Below, in pieces: positions 12,701 through 25,217 of a stretch of 64,000 nucleotides of DNA. Under the pieces are notes generated by a model. It searched no databases. It saw only the letters and a list, made by a program, of their open reading frames with translations, and was not told the origin of the DNA. Position numbers and translations under genes: made by a program. This DNA is from Octopus sinensis. Its lineage: Eukaryota. Location of the stretch: the NCBI RefSeq assembly GCF_006345805.1, contig NC_043009.1, forward strand, positions 52,390,001-52,454,000. The letters are read 5' to 3'. The first letter of the stretch is position 1. Each line of letters opens with the position of its first letter.

Positions 12701-14826
12701 ATTTTAGAGGAGAAGGGGAGGAAGGGGAGGGACGAATGTTGAACATTCCAGACAGGGGGATTTGAGAGGAGAATGTGAGGAAGGGGTGGGAGGAATGTTG
12801 AACATTCCAGAGAGGGGGATTTAGAGGTTAGAGGTGAAGGGGAGGAAGGGGAGAAAGGAATGTTGAACATTCCAGAGAGGGGGATTGAGCGGAGAGAATG
12901 TGAGGAAGGGGTGGGAGGAATGTTGCACATTCCAGAAAGGGGGATTTTAGAGGAGAAGGGGAGGAAGTGTGGGGGAGGAATGTTGAACATTCCAGATAGG
13001 GGGATTTTAGAGGAGAGAAGGGGAGGGAGGAAGAGGAGGAAGGATTGTTGAACATTCCAGAGAGGGGGAGGATTTGGAGTTTAGAGGAGAAGGGGAGGAA
13101 GGGGAGGAAGGAATGTTGAACATTCCAGAGAGGGGGATTTGAGAGGAGAAGGGGAGGAAGGGGAGGAAGGATTGTTGAACATTCCAGAGAGGGAGGATTT
13201 GATTTTAGGGAGAAGGGAGGAAGGGGAGGGAGGAATGTTGAACATTGCAGAGAGGGGGATTTGGAGAGGAGGAGATGGGAGGACGCGGGGTGGGAGGAAT
13301 GTGAACATTCCAGAGAGGGAATTGAGAGAGAGGTGAAGGGGAGGAAGGGGAGAAAGGAATGTTCAACATTCAAGAGAGGAGGATTTTAGAGGAGAAGGGG
13401 AGGAAGGGGAGGAAGGATTAATGAACATTCCAGAGAGGGGGATTTTAGAGGAGAAGGGGAGGAAGGGGAGGGAGGAATGTTGAACTTTCCAGAGAGGGGG
13501 ATTTGAGAGGAGAAGGGGAGGAAGGGGAGGAAGGATTGTTGAACATTCCGGAGAGGGGGATTTTAGAGGAGAAGGGGAGGGAGGAATGTTGAACATTTCA
13601 GAGCGGGGGATTTGAGAGGAGAATGGGAGGAAGGGGTGGGAAGAATGATGAACATTCCAGAGAGGGGGATTTGAGAGGAGAAGGGGAGGAAGGGGAGGAA
13701 GGATTGTTCAACATTCCAGAGAGGAGGATTTTAGAGGAGATGGGGATGAAGGGGAGGAAGGATTGTTGAACATTCCAGAGAGGGGGATTTTAGAGGAGAA
13801 TGGAGGAAGAGGAGGAAGGATTGTTGAACATTCCAGAGAGGGGGACATTAGAGAGAAGGGGAGGAAGTGGAGAAGGAATGTTGAACATTCCAGAGAGGGG
13901 GATTTGAGAGGAGAAGGGAGGAAGGGGAGGAGGATTGTTGAACATTCCAGAGAGGGGGATTTTAGGAGGAAAGGGAGGAAGGGGAGGGAGGAAGTTGAAC
14001 ATTCCAGAGAGGGGGATTATAGAGGAGAATGGGAGGTAGGGGAGGGAGGAATGTTGAACATTCCAGAGAGGGGGATTTGAGAGGTGAAGGGGAGGAAGGG
14101 GAGGGAGGAATGTTGAACATTCCAGAGAGGGGGATTTGAGAGGAGAATGGGAGGAAGGTGAGGGAGGAATGTTGAACATTCCAGAGAGGGAGATTTTAGA
14201 GGTGAAGGGGAGGAAGGGGAGAAAGGAATGTTCAACATTCCAGAGAGGGGGATTTGAGAGGAGAAGGGGAGGAAGGGGAGGAAGGATTGTTGAACATTCC
14301 AGAGAAGGGGATGTTAGAGGAGAAGGGGAGGAAGGGGAGGGAGGAAAGTTAAACATTCCAGAGAGGGGGATTTGAGAGGTGAAGGGGAGGAAGGGGAGGG
14401 AGGAATGTTGAACATTCCAGAGAGGGTATTTGAGAGGAGAATGGGAGGAAGGTGAGGGAGGAATGTTGAACATTCCAGAGAGGGAGATTTGAGAGGTGAA
14501 GGGGAGGAAGGGGAAGAAGGAATGTTCAACATTCCAGAGATGGGGATTATAGAGGAGAAGGGTAGGAAGGGGAGGAAGGATTGTTGAACATTCCAGATAG
14601 GGGGATTTTAGAGAAGAGGAGGAAGAGTAGGAAGGATTGTTGAACATTCCAGAGAGGGGGATTTTAGAGGAGAAGGGGAGGAACGGGAGGGAGGAATGTT
14701 GAACATTCCAGAGAGGGGGATTTGAGAGGAGAAGGGGAGGAAGGGGAGGAAGGATTGTTGAATATTCCAGAGAGGGGGATTTTAGAGGAGAAGGGGAGGT
14801 AGGGGAGGGAGGAATGTTGAACATTT
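9755..14826. repeat. Minisatellite array, ~57-62 bp unit, roughly 85 copies
   Basis: Consensus GGAATGTTGAACATTCCAGAGAGGGGGATTT(G/T)AGAGGAGAAGGGGAGGAAGGGGAGGGA repeated head-to-tail; copy number estimated from length/unit size. Confidence 0.98.
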
Positions 14827-14999
14827 CCTCCCTATTGGTATGTTTATTGAGTGTCTTGGCATTGCTGTCTTAGCTTCGTACAAAATCTCTAACAACAGGG
14901 TTTACACTGACGGTAAGTGATTCACGAAAGCTTCACAGTGGTCTCAAAATGAAGGATTGGGCATTTTTGTGGAACCTAGCTGCCGGGATAGGTAACGGT

Positions 15000-15011
15000 A
15001 GTAGTAGTAGA

Positions 15012-15065
<54 letters not shown>

Positions 15066-15141
15066 TACTAGTAGTAGTAGCAAGCAGCAGCAGCAGTTGT
15101 AGAAGTAGTAGTATAGGAGCAGTAGCAGTAGTAGTAGTTGG

Positions 15142-15215
<74 letters not shown>

Positions 15216-15232
15216 TGTAGTAGTGGCAGCAA
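15000..15232. repeat. (GTA)n/(GCA)n microsatellite
   Basis: Directly visible. Confidence 0.95.
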
Positions 15233-15935
15233 CGACAATAGAAACAGGAGTACGTTTGTTGTCTCTGTTTTTAGCAAACTTCTGACTAAAGCCTCTCTTC
15301 TCGGAAACTCAATGCCACATTATCCACTGTTTTATTTTTCTGTAAAAAAAAAACAGTAGAATGTAATTTGACGGAGATTTAGTTGTAATTTCTAGTATGG
15401 CGAGTGACCTAGTCGAGGAGCGCTAGATTGACTTGTGGAAGAAAATTGGATGTTTCTGGTGTGTTCTGATTGCGGCGTAAAGACTTTTATAGTAGCATTA
15501 GATAAACCAGAGTTTCGGTAAGATAAAACTGTAGTCTTGTGATTATGATAATTTAGCCCTGATCTGTTTTACTTATGATCAAAGTCATTCCAATCTTGAG
15601 AATCGTGTACTGTTTACTACGTGCAAGGAAAGTGAATTTTACCAAACATCAAGTTCGCTTTCTTGTAGAGGCAGAATTAGATGTCCCTGTATAGAGGGTC
15701 CATGTTTCAGTGTGTATACGAACTGCTGCTTTATATTAATATATTTGTCTATTTTAAACAGGCATTTAGTGAACTATAGCATTGGAAAATAGGATTTTCC
15801 AACAGATTAATCTTTAGTTTATTGTCTTTATGATAATGAGATTGACAAAGGAGTCTGAGTATAACTCGAGCGAAAATGAGTACCACAATCTAATTTCCTT
15901 TAACAATTCACACCCATGTATGTATGTATATATAT

Positions 15936-15975
<40 letters not shown>

Positions 15976-15994
15976 TATATAATATATATATATA

Positions 15995-16125
15995 TAAAAC
16001 ATTATTGGTGAATTGAAGAAATGGAGCTGAACGCAGATTGAACAGAAATCGTTTTATTTCATTCTGTTCAATTTCTGTTCAATCTGCGTTCAGCTCCATT
16101 TCTTCAATTCACCAATAATGTTTTA
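15995..16125. repeat. Perfect inverted repeat (fold-back), 55-bp arms, 21-nt spacer, next to (TA)n
   Basis: 15995-16049 is the exact reverse complement of 16071-16125. Confidence 0.95.
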
Positions 16126-16274
16126 ATTTCAATTATCCGCACCAACGCACGGTTGCAACGCCAGATGGTTGTACCTCCAACCGTGCTGTTTACTGCTGTG
16201 ATTTTTGCTACTAAGGTATCGGTTAAACTTTTGATTAATCTACTACAAGATTATTCATCTTTCTATTTCACATA

Positions 16275-16305
<31 letters not shown>

Positions 16306-16311
16306 CATACA

Positions 16312-16347
<36 letters not shown>

Positions 16348-16551
16348 TATATAAACATATATATATACACACATATATATATGTATATATATATATATAT
16401 GTGTGTGTCTGTGTGTGTGTGTATGTATGTATGTATGCATACATATGTATATAGGTAAAAATAAATTAATGAGTGCATGCGTTACATAAATAGTAAATAT
16501 ATATATGTATATGTACGTATGTATATATATACATACACACACACACACACG

Positions 16552-16602
<51 letters not shown>

Positions 16603-16615
16603 TATACATACATAC
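16275..16615. repeat. (TA)n/(TACA)n/(CA)n microsatellites
   Basis: Directly visible. Confidence 0.9.
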
Positions 16616-17049
16616 AGGCATGTTATATTTTCTGTAGTCTTTTTATTTAATCATGAAAAAAATATATACATATATATTTACACAGAGAGACAGACAGACG
16701 GCCCTATGTGCAAAGCGTACATGAGGGAATTTAAGAGCAAATTCTTCCTTTGAGAATATTTTAGTGAAAAATACCCTATTGATTAAAAGAAAACTTTTAT
16801 TGCAAGATGCGGAAGAAAATCAGGTGCGAGCTCATCGTTTCCGAGTTCAACGTGTATTAGAGGTCTTTCTTTGGAAGGCCAGCGACTTTTGTTATCTTCT
16901 TTGCATTTTGTCTATATGTATCGGAAGAAATTTATGCTGCAATAGCCAGCCTTTGTTTATTCAAATTATGTTAATTCATTTGATCCCGGGCTATGAATAG
17001 TTTTAAAGGAAACCATTTTAGAGCCACGAATTACGATTTTAGCTAAACA

Positions 17050-17255
17050 ACGTAATAGTTAGCGCGCTGGGCAAAATGCTTGGCGCTAAATCGTCTAATT
17101 TGACATTCTGAGTTCAAATTCTTCTGAGGCCGACTTTAGCTTTCATCCATTCCATTTCGGTAAAATAAGTCCCAGTTGAGCGTCTGGATCGATGTGAAGA
17201 ACTTAACCCCCTCCCTGAATTTCCTGGCCTTATGTTAAAATTTCAAACCAATATT
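17050..17255 (+). mobile_element. SINE family A, diverged
   Basis: GTTAGCGCGCTGGGCAAAATGC...CTGAGTTCAAATTC...CTTTCATCC...TAAAATAAGTCCCAG. Confidence 0.75.
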
Positions 17256-18026
17256 AATTCATTCCGTTGTGAAACAGTGTGCATTATATAACATATTTAA
17301 TTCAACTTTATTTTATTTATCGTTTCAATTATGAAGTCCTTAATATTCGTGTTCAACTATAAAAGTGCTTAGTGTTCGTATTCTATTTATATTCCTGTAC
17401 TATTATTTGTACATAGCTGCTATTTTCTTTTACTTAATGTCATCACGCTCTCAATCGACGAAGCTAAATTTTCCAGTACACTTGTGTTACATGCTACTGA
17501 CCGAACTAAGTGATGAATTCGAACCTGGTATCACTGTTCTGTCTGCTCTCGGTATTGTTTATTTTATGAAGCGGTTAGTTATTATTGTAATAAAATAACT
17601 AGAAAGTGGTATTTTTTTAATATTTGTATTCTCTACAGCTCATATATTTTTATTCAATTCACAATTTGGAAGTTCTCAAGTGTGTTCTCTCAAAACAATA
17701 GAAATTAAAATGTGTCTATGCATACCAGTGTGTATAATGAAAATATCTATACGTGTATGCACATATGCATGTACACACACAAACACACTCACGCACATAT
17801 ATATACGTACGTATGTATCAACGTATGTATATGACGTGCGTGCGTGCGTGTGTATAGATTTACTGGCATATGAGTGCATAGATTTATTCCCAGCGGAAGT
17901 GTACAATGATCTGCTTACACAAACATATACAAAGGTATTTTGCGTGGATAAACGAATGTATGCAAATACAAACACATATATGCATATACATAAGTACATA
18001 TATACACACACGCATATGTATGTATG

Positions 18027-18084
<58 letters not shown>

Positions 18085-18999
18085 GTGAATGTATGTATGT
18101 ATGTATGTATTTGAAATTACTCGAGCTCATATGTCAAATGAGAACTGAAGACAGATGTATATATGTATAAAATGTATGAATTAGTAAAGCACAAAATAAA
18201 CGTCTGCATTCCAAACAGAGTATATAGCATTACTGCGCTATTAAAACTGAAACATATTCTTTAAACTTGATCTCAGATAAAAGCTCAAATGATTCCCCCA
18301 TGATATTTAGAATGAATTCGGTTGAATGCACATCATGTGCACCTGCACTACGCTAGTTGATAATGAGCTTTTTCTCACCCTCTGTGCCTCCCACACCTTT
18401 TATTTCCTTCCTATTTTTTTTTCTATTTTCTTCTCTCACTCTCCTCTCTTTGTCACTCCCTCCATCACTTTCTCTCCCTTTCTCTTTCCCTCTCACATAT
18501 TTCCTTTTCTTTTTTTTTTTTTTTTGCATTTCCATATTTCCTCGCTCTTGAATCTGACGCAAGCAGCTCACATATGCAAAACCATTTGCCTCTTCTTGTA
18601 TCTAGCAATTTCTGTTTAAAAATAACATTCTCTCAATTCCTCTCCAACTTACACTTGCGTTTATATTACGATGCAGCAAATTACTCTTAAATGAGAAGAT
18701 TACATCAGGACGTGACTGTAATTTGAACTTACATCCTCAAAATTTTACGTCCCGCTAAATATAATTATAATCAACAGACACGTCTTGTTGAACCCTAGGC
18801 TAAACAAGACTTCCGCTACAACTGTTGCTTTGCCTCTTTTCTATAGAAATATTTCGAAATCTCTGTTGTTGACTATCTGTTCGAAAATTTGATCCTGGCT
18901 TCGCAGATTTATTATCTCTGTGCTGGAGAAATTAGATTTCATTTCTTAGCTTTTACGAGACTAATTTGAACAACAAAGTGTTCAAATAACTCTTTTCAA

Positions 19000-19196
19000 A
19001 TTTTGGCTCAAGGCCAGGAATTTCGGGGGGGGGGGACTATATCGGTCCCCAGGGCTCAATTGGTATTTATATTATGGACTGCAAAAGATGAAAGGCAAGA
19101 TCGATCTTAACAGAATTTGAACTCAGGACGCAAAGACGAAATGCCGTTGTACATTTTGACTGGTGTGCTAACGATTCTGTCAGCTTGCCGCCTTAA
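19000..19196 (-). mobile_element. SINE family A, diverged
   Basis: GATGAAAGGCAAGATCGATC...GAATTTGAACTCAGG...GTGCTAACGATTCTGTCAGCTTGCCGCCTT. Confidence 0.8.
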
Positions 19197-19389
19197 AGCA
19201 TTCTAGTAATCAATACAAGAAAAGAGACAAACTTCTCCGGAACTTTTCTAAAGACAAACTTTATTAGTAGAAATGTATTCGAAATTGCCGAAACGAAAAT
19301 ACCGGCGCAATGCTTTGTTTTCTTGCGCATTTTATCATCGTACTCCATATCAATGACCACTAAATAGAGAATCATTACAGTATTCTTTT

Positions 19390-19583
19390 ATTCTTTTACT
19401 TGTTTCAGTCGTTTGACTGCGGCCATGCTGGAGCACCGCCTTTAGTCTAACAAATCGACTCCTAGACTTATACTTTGTAAGCCTAGTACTTATTCTGTCG
19501 CTGTCGCTAAGTTACGGGGACGTAAACACACCAGCACCTGTTGTCAAGCGATGTTGGGGGAGGACAAACCCAGACACACAAAT

Positions 19584-19615
<32 letters not shown>

Positions 19616-19658
19616 GTGTGTGTGTGACGGGCTTCTTTCAGTTTCCGTCTACTAAATC
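19390..19658 (-). mobile_element. SINE family B, 5'-truncated
   Basis: CTGCGGCCATGCTGGAGCACCGCCTTTAGTC...GACGGGCTTCTTTCAGTTTCCGTCTAC. Confidence 0.9.
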
Positions 19659-19659
19659 A

Positions 19660-19840
19660 GCATATATCAAAAACTTCTGTAAATGATTATTCCGGAGCAT
19701 ATTCACCATCTACTTCAATTACTGCTTCCCATTGGGTTGGCAGACGGTCACACCGTCATTTAAAGATGTTTTTGTTAAATATTGTTTTTTTTAATAAATT
19801 TTTTTGTAAAAAAGCCGCAATAGCTATGCACCACCCAATA
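19660..19840 (-). mobile_element. Internally deleted mariner remnant
   Basis: Minus translation DRLPTQWEAVIEVDGEYAPE* (mariner transposase C-terminus); AAAGCCGCAATAGCTATGCACCACCCAA+TA resembles an Hsmar1-type TIR. Confidence 0.55.
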
Positions 19841-19847
19841 TATATAT

Positions 19848-19893
<46 letters not shown>

Positions 19894-20046
19894 TATAATA
19901 TATATAATATATATAATATATATAATATATAATATATATATATATAATTATATAATATATATAATATATAATATATATATATAATTATATAATATATATA
20001 TATATATATAATATATATAATATATATATATAATATATAATATATA

Positions 20047-20072
<26 letters not shown>
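19839..20072. repeat. (TA)n/(TATAA)n AT-only microsatellite
   Basis: Directly visible. Confidence 0.95.
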
Positions 20073-20078
<6 letters not shown>

Positions 20079-20124
20079 AGAGGCGCACTTGGCGGAAATT
20101 TCTTTTACTTTTTTGTGGGAGGGG

Positions 20125-20607
20125 TATGGAATCCCACGTTTTCGGCTATGGAGATTCCGATACTGAAAACAAATTTTTTAAAATCACAACTTCAAAAATT
20201 TAATTCGGTATTACTGCTGGAAATTACTCTGAAAGAAATCTTTGCAGAACTGTGAGTAGATTGATTACATATTTCTTTCATTATGTTATCACAGTTTGTG
20301 AGATCTGGCTGTAATTTCTAGCATGTGGATTGTCAAGGCCGTAGAATCGGGAGAGGAGGATTTGGGGTAATTTATTTAATTTTTTTTTTTTTTTTTTTGA
20401 AAAATAGAAAGTTTACACACAATTTTATTTCAGAGTCATAATCTCCGTATTTTTCTACGTATTTCGCAGAAAAAAATTCTAGAAAATGTGAAAAAAAAAC
20501 GAAGAAATGGGGGAGGAAGAGAGGGTGGGGGATTAAATTTGGAGTTGCGACTTTTGAAATTTTTTTCAGAATCAGAATCTCCATAGCCGAAACGTGGGAT
20601 TCCGTAA
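20125..20607. repeat. Inverted-repeat element, ~80-bp imperfect arms around a ~320-bp spacer
   Basis: TATGGAATCCCACGTTTTCGGCTATGGAGATTC... (20125) versus ...GAATCTCCATAGCCGAAACGTGGGATTCCGTA (20607). Confidence 0.8.
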
Positions 20608-21129
20608 CAAAGAAAAAAAATTTAAGGTGGTGTGGAGGGGTCCGTGTACGTCTCCATCATATGCGCCGTTTATTTCCATGTGTCATTAACATTGATAGTT
20701 TGCGTGATGGTGAAGTCACGTTTACATTGTTACGTTTACATTATGACCAAATTTTGCTACATTCTAATGCGTCCTGTAGCCCAACGCTTTTGTCGATTTT
20801 GATATTTTTATACCAGTGTTGTTGAAGAAAGACTTGCATTACCAACAAAGACTACATACATTTAATGTTGCTGAGAATGTCGGTTGTCAAGAACATAAAC
20901 TAAGTGAAAACGAGAAGCTTGTCATGAATAGAATGCTTTTAAAGTAACTAACCAAATACAATTAAAGATGGCTGATGAACAACAAGTACACATTCAATAA
21001 ATAGCAGTTACAGAAAAGCTGCCGATGGCCTTTATCAAACCCGCAAACAGTACTAGGTTTGACAGAAATCTCTGAGTAAGACAAAACACAGGTTAGATCT
21101 CAGTCGTACTTACTTGAACAATAGAAGTG

Positions 21130-22350
21130 AAGTACGTTCAAATATAACCCTGTACATGGCAATAATTTTCAAGAAATAGATTCTGTTGATCCTGTATCTA
21201 AAATTTGTAAAACGAGCGGGGATATGGAAACAAGAGGTAGTTGCAATGTGCTGTTCCGATGGAACTGTTAACCTGCCAGTCTTTGTTGTTCAACCAGTAC
21301 CTCAAAGACAGCTTCCTAGACAGAAATCTAAAGAATTTTGCAGAATTTCGAAAATATATAACTCTGCTTTCCTAATGGTTTTATTTGGAATCAACTTTAA
21401 CACAGAAGAGGGATTCATGCCAACTATTAGATAAAAGGCCAAATCTAGCACATCTAGTACATCTCTTTAGAAAAGAGTCCCTGTTTCAGCAGCTGTACTT
21501 TGCTAGGTGGAATAAGGAAACATGCTAAGAATAGAAATCTCGCTTTTTGAGAATAAATTATGACAAGAACTCTGTCGAAAGTTTCAAGTATGCATCGGAT
21601 ATTGTGCCCATCTTCGAGGTTGAAATTGTCAATGTGGAAAATAGGTGACCCTCAAGAGACATGCATGCTATCTCAAGCACCTGAATGCAATGAGGCTGCA
21701 GTCAACCTGAATAGTGAGGCATAGAGAAAAACTGCATTCAGAAGTGCAACAATCACTCGGTCGAGAATTTAAATGATATACTGCAATAACCTCATTATGT
21801 CAATAATTAAGATGAGTACCACATTAGTATACGAGAAAGTGGATCAAATTCTTCAAAATCTGTCTCATACAATACTTTATGCCAATATCTTCATAGAGAT
21901 CATGCAGCTCCTTCTTATATTCTCTTCATCTACATTGCTGATGGCAATCAGAGAGGTTGTGCTGCATTAAAACCCATCAAAAGGTGCTGAGGCAGGCTCT
22001 GGTATGTATTGATAAGTTTCAATTTATCAATGATGTAATTTCAGAAGAGATTGGGGAAATGTTTCCTTTATGTTTTAGCTGGTAACTCTTGAGATATGAA
22101 TGAACTCACGATCTTCAGTGGTATGGTAGCTTTGAACAAAAGGGGGAACATTTCATTTCATTGCTTTTATCTGCAACTCCAAATAGAAAGAAACGACCCT
22201 TCAAGGTCAAACATACATTTATAGTGATCATCTCAAAGTCATTGTTTTCCATTTAAAGCTGAGAAAGATAATAAAGTGAAATATTTGGAGTGAACAGTTA
22301 TTACATATATACAATAAGATATGAAGATACAGCTTGCAACAGGGAAACAT
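21130..22350 (+). mobile_element. Degraded Helitron RepHel N-terminal (Rep) region
   Basis: FKYNP...KIC / WKQE..CCSDGTVNLP...SKEFCRISKIYNSAFLMVLFG...GFMPTIR matches the Helitron pattern CCxxGKVxLP...SKxFxxNIRxYNSxFxMTSFG...GFMPTF; stops and frameshifts present; 3' extent uncertain. Confidence 0.7.
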
Positions 22351-22571
22351 TTTGATCAGGTTAACTAAAAAGCAGGGATTTCAGCAGAGCAGAATTACAA
22401 CTAGTCGTCAGCAATGAAAGCAACAACTACAGCAACAAGTTACCAAGAAAATATTGAAAATAAGTTTTTTCAGACGGATATCAGTAATCCAGACTTAGCC
22501 ACGAGTCACTGCTATTCTATGATAATATGCATTCAAGCAATGGCCATCCCTTCTTAAAAGAGCCTTATACC

Positions 22572-22800
22572 TATTTCTTTACTACCCACAAGGGGCTAAA
22601 CACAGAGGGGACGAACAAGGACAGACAAACATATTAAGTCGATTACATCGACCCCAGTCCGTAACTGGTACTTAATTTATCGACCCCGAAAGGATGAAAG
22701 GCAAAGTCGACCTCGGCGGAATTTGAACTCAGAACGTATCGGCGGACGAAATACGGCTACGCATTTTGCCCAGCGTGCTAACGATTCTGCCAGATCGCCG
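22572..22800 (-). mobile_element. SINE family A, full length, young, ~9-10 bp TSD (GCCTTATACC)
   Basis: A box (TGGCAGAATCGTTAG) and B box (GAGTTCAAATTCC) on minus strand; GCCTTATACC at 22562-22571 and 22800-22809. Confidence 0.93.
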
Positions 22801-22959
22801 CCTTATACCGCACTCTTATACTTCGACTCATAATGTATGTAGAAATAGTAGTGTATGTATGAATACTCATATGTGGGAATATATAGATATAAATGTATAT
22901 GAGTGTGTGTCGTTAAAATATATGTATATAAGCACGTGCGTGCATGTAAAAAAAAATAG

Positions 22960-23160
22960 AGAGAGAGAGAGATAAATAGATAGATAGATAGATAGATAAA
23001 TAGATACATACATACGTACGTATATACATGCATGCATATATAAATAGATACATGCATGCATACTTAAGTAGATAGACTGATCGATAGATAATATGCATAT
23101 AAATGTGTGTGTGTGTGTGTGTCTCTCTCTCTCTCTGTCTCTGTCTCTCTCTCTCTCTTT
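22960..23160. repeat. (GA)n/(GATA)n/(TG)n/(TC)n microsatellites
   Basis: Directly visible. Confidence 0.85.
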
Positions 23161-23909
23161 GCATGTGCGTGTGTGTATGGATAGAAAACATACATTCATG
23201 GATATGCATATATAAATATACGCATATATCTGTGTAAGAATATATACACACATCTATATAAGAACAAGAAACAGGTAAATATATGAATATATATATGCAT
23301 ATACACTCACCACCACCACAACCACCACCACACACACGGACACATATAAACATACATTTTCGAAAACTAAATTCAAGTATATACAAACGTGGTCAGTTTA
23401 TATATATGTGAATGTATATGGCTGTTCACTGGATAAAAAAAACCCTCCTTACAAATATATGCACAGACACACACAGACGCACACTAACACACACACACAC
23501 ATACACACACATACACACACATTTATGTAAACTAAATTCAAATGGCTAATTTGTTATTCCAATTCACTATAATAAAAGATCAATTGAAACGAAGTATCTA
23601 TTTTTGTCTATTTCCATCATAAATAAACTATTCTAGCACAAACATAAGGTGCAATAAATTCATTTATCTCCCTTTTCTTTTATATATCTCTTCCATTGTT
23701 GTTGTTCGTGTTATTAGTTTTGCTTCGCAAACCCTTTGCGGCGCAACTTTGGATGTTTTTATACTAAAATAAAATAATATTTTATGTTGTCTGTTCCATT
23801 GTACGTTATCAAATCTTTGAATAGAATTTTGAGATATTTCATACTGAGTAACTGAAAAAACAAATTTGCATATATAAGTACATGCATACAAACACTTATA
23901 TCTACATTA

Positions 23910-23933
23910 TATGTGTGTGTGTGTCTGTGTGTG

Positions 23934-23983
<50 letters not shown>

Positions 23984-24190
23984 AATATACAAAATTAAGT
24001 TGCGTGAAGAAACGTACATTTTGTAGAGACATACACACACACAAACACACACGCGTGCACACACACACAAACACACATACACTCACACAAACACACACAT
24101 ACACTCATACAAACACACACACACTCAGACACACGCTCACACACACTCACACAAACACACACATACACTCACACAAACACACACATATAT
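23910..24190. repeat. (TG)n/(TA)n/(CA)n microsatellites
   Basis: Directly visible. Confidence 0.9.
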
Positions 24191-24347
24191 AGCGACATAC
24201 ATACAAACGCAGGTTTATATGTCTTCTCTGGCTGTGTTTAAGTGTTTTTGTATGAATTTGTGTACAAATTTTGCCATGTGTAAAATTCCCTACTATGGTT
24301 ACGAAGGCAAGTCATATACTTGTCTGTAAATATATATATAATATATA

Positions 24348-24393
<46 letters not shown>

Positions 24394-24459
24394 TCAATAG
24401 ATACATGTATGGATTTATATATATCAATGTACACATACACAAACACACACACATAGGTG

Positions 24460-24490
<31 letters not shown>

Positions 24491-24564
24491 ACATTTAAAA
24501 AAATATCAGCATATAAACATAAATATTGTGTATGTGTAATATATATATGATCGTTATAGAGATA

Positions 24565-24612
<48 letters not shown>

Positions 24613-25217
24613 AGATACACATATATAGCTGTTGTACTTGTCTAGCAAATGTCATGATCTGAGCTGCACACTGAAACTGAAGCAATTACATCGAAAGAAA
24701 GTCATTCTGGTATAGAAATCTTTCAATATAATTTCTTTTTTCCAGATAATCGTGCACACGTGTTACTTTCTTTTACTTGTTCCATACATTTTGACAGCGC
24801 TTTATAAATTATTTTACAAGTTATATATCAGAAACCCGATTCAATTACAGTACAGAAATATTTCCAAATATGATATATTTATACATAGCGGACAGGGTCG
24901 GGATACAGTCAAAACTTACCTTCAACCAAGAAAAGAAGAAGAGGAAAAGAAATGGAAAATAACAACAAAATTAGATGCCAAGTTGAATGTAAAGTATTTG
25001 TAGACTCAACATAACTAAAAACGCCAAATGGTCTTATATTTTAGTAAAAACAAATTTTAGTGTACATGGATTGACGGAAGTCTGGAACGAAACGATTGCG
25101 CGTATCTGTTCGGACGTTTCAATTTTGGCACGCCTGAGTGGGTATTCAGCTTTTTCCGTTGACAGTTTATTGAATGTTGGAAGCAACAACAACTACACTC
25201 GCATGCACACATATATA

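Noticed and set aside
9755-14826. CRISPR-like array or repetitive protein (ORFs up to 373 aa)
   Set aside because: Sequences between palindromes are homologous rather than unique spacers, and the context is eukaryotic. The ~59-bp unit with frequent indels shifts frame and contains stops, so it is not a coding repeat.
24905-24960. Minus-strand pyrimidine tract followed by AAG|GTAAGT (recursive splice site-like)
   Set aside because: No host gene orientation is known, and such motifs arise by chance in 64 kb.
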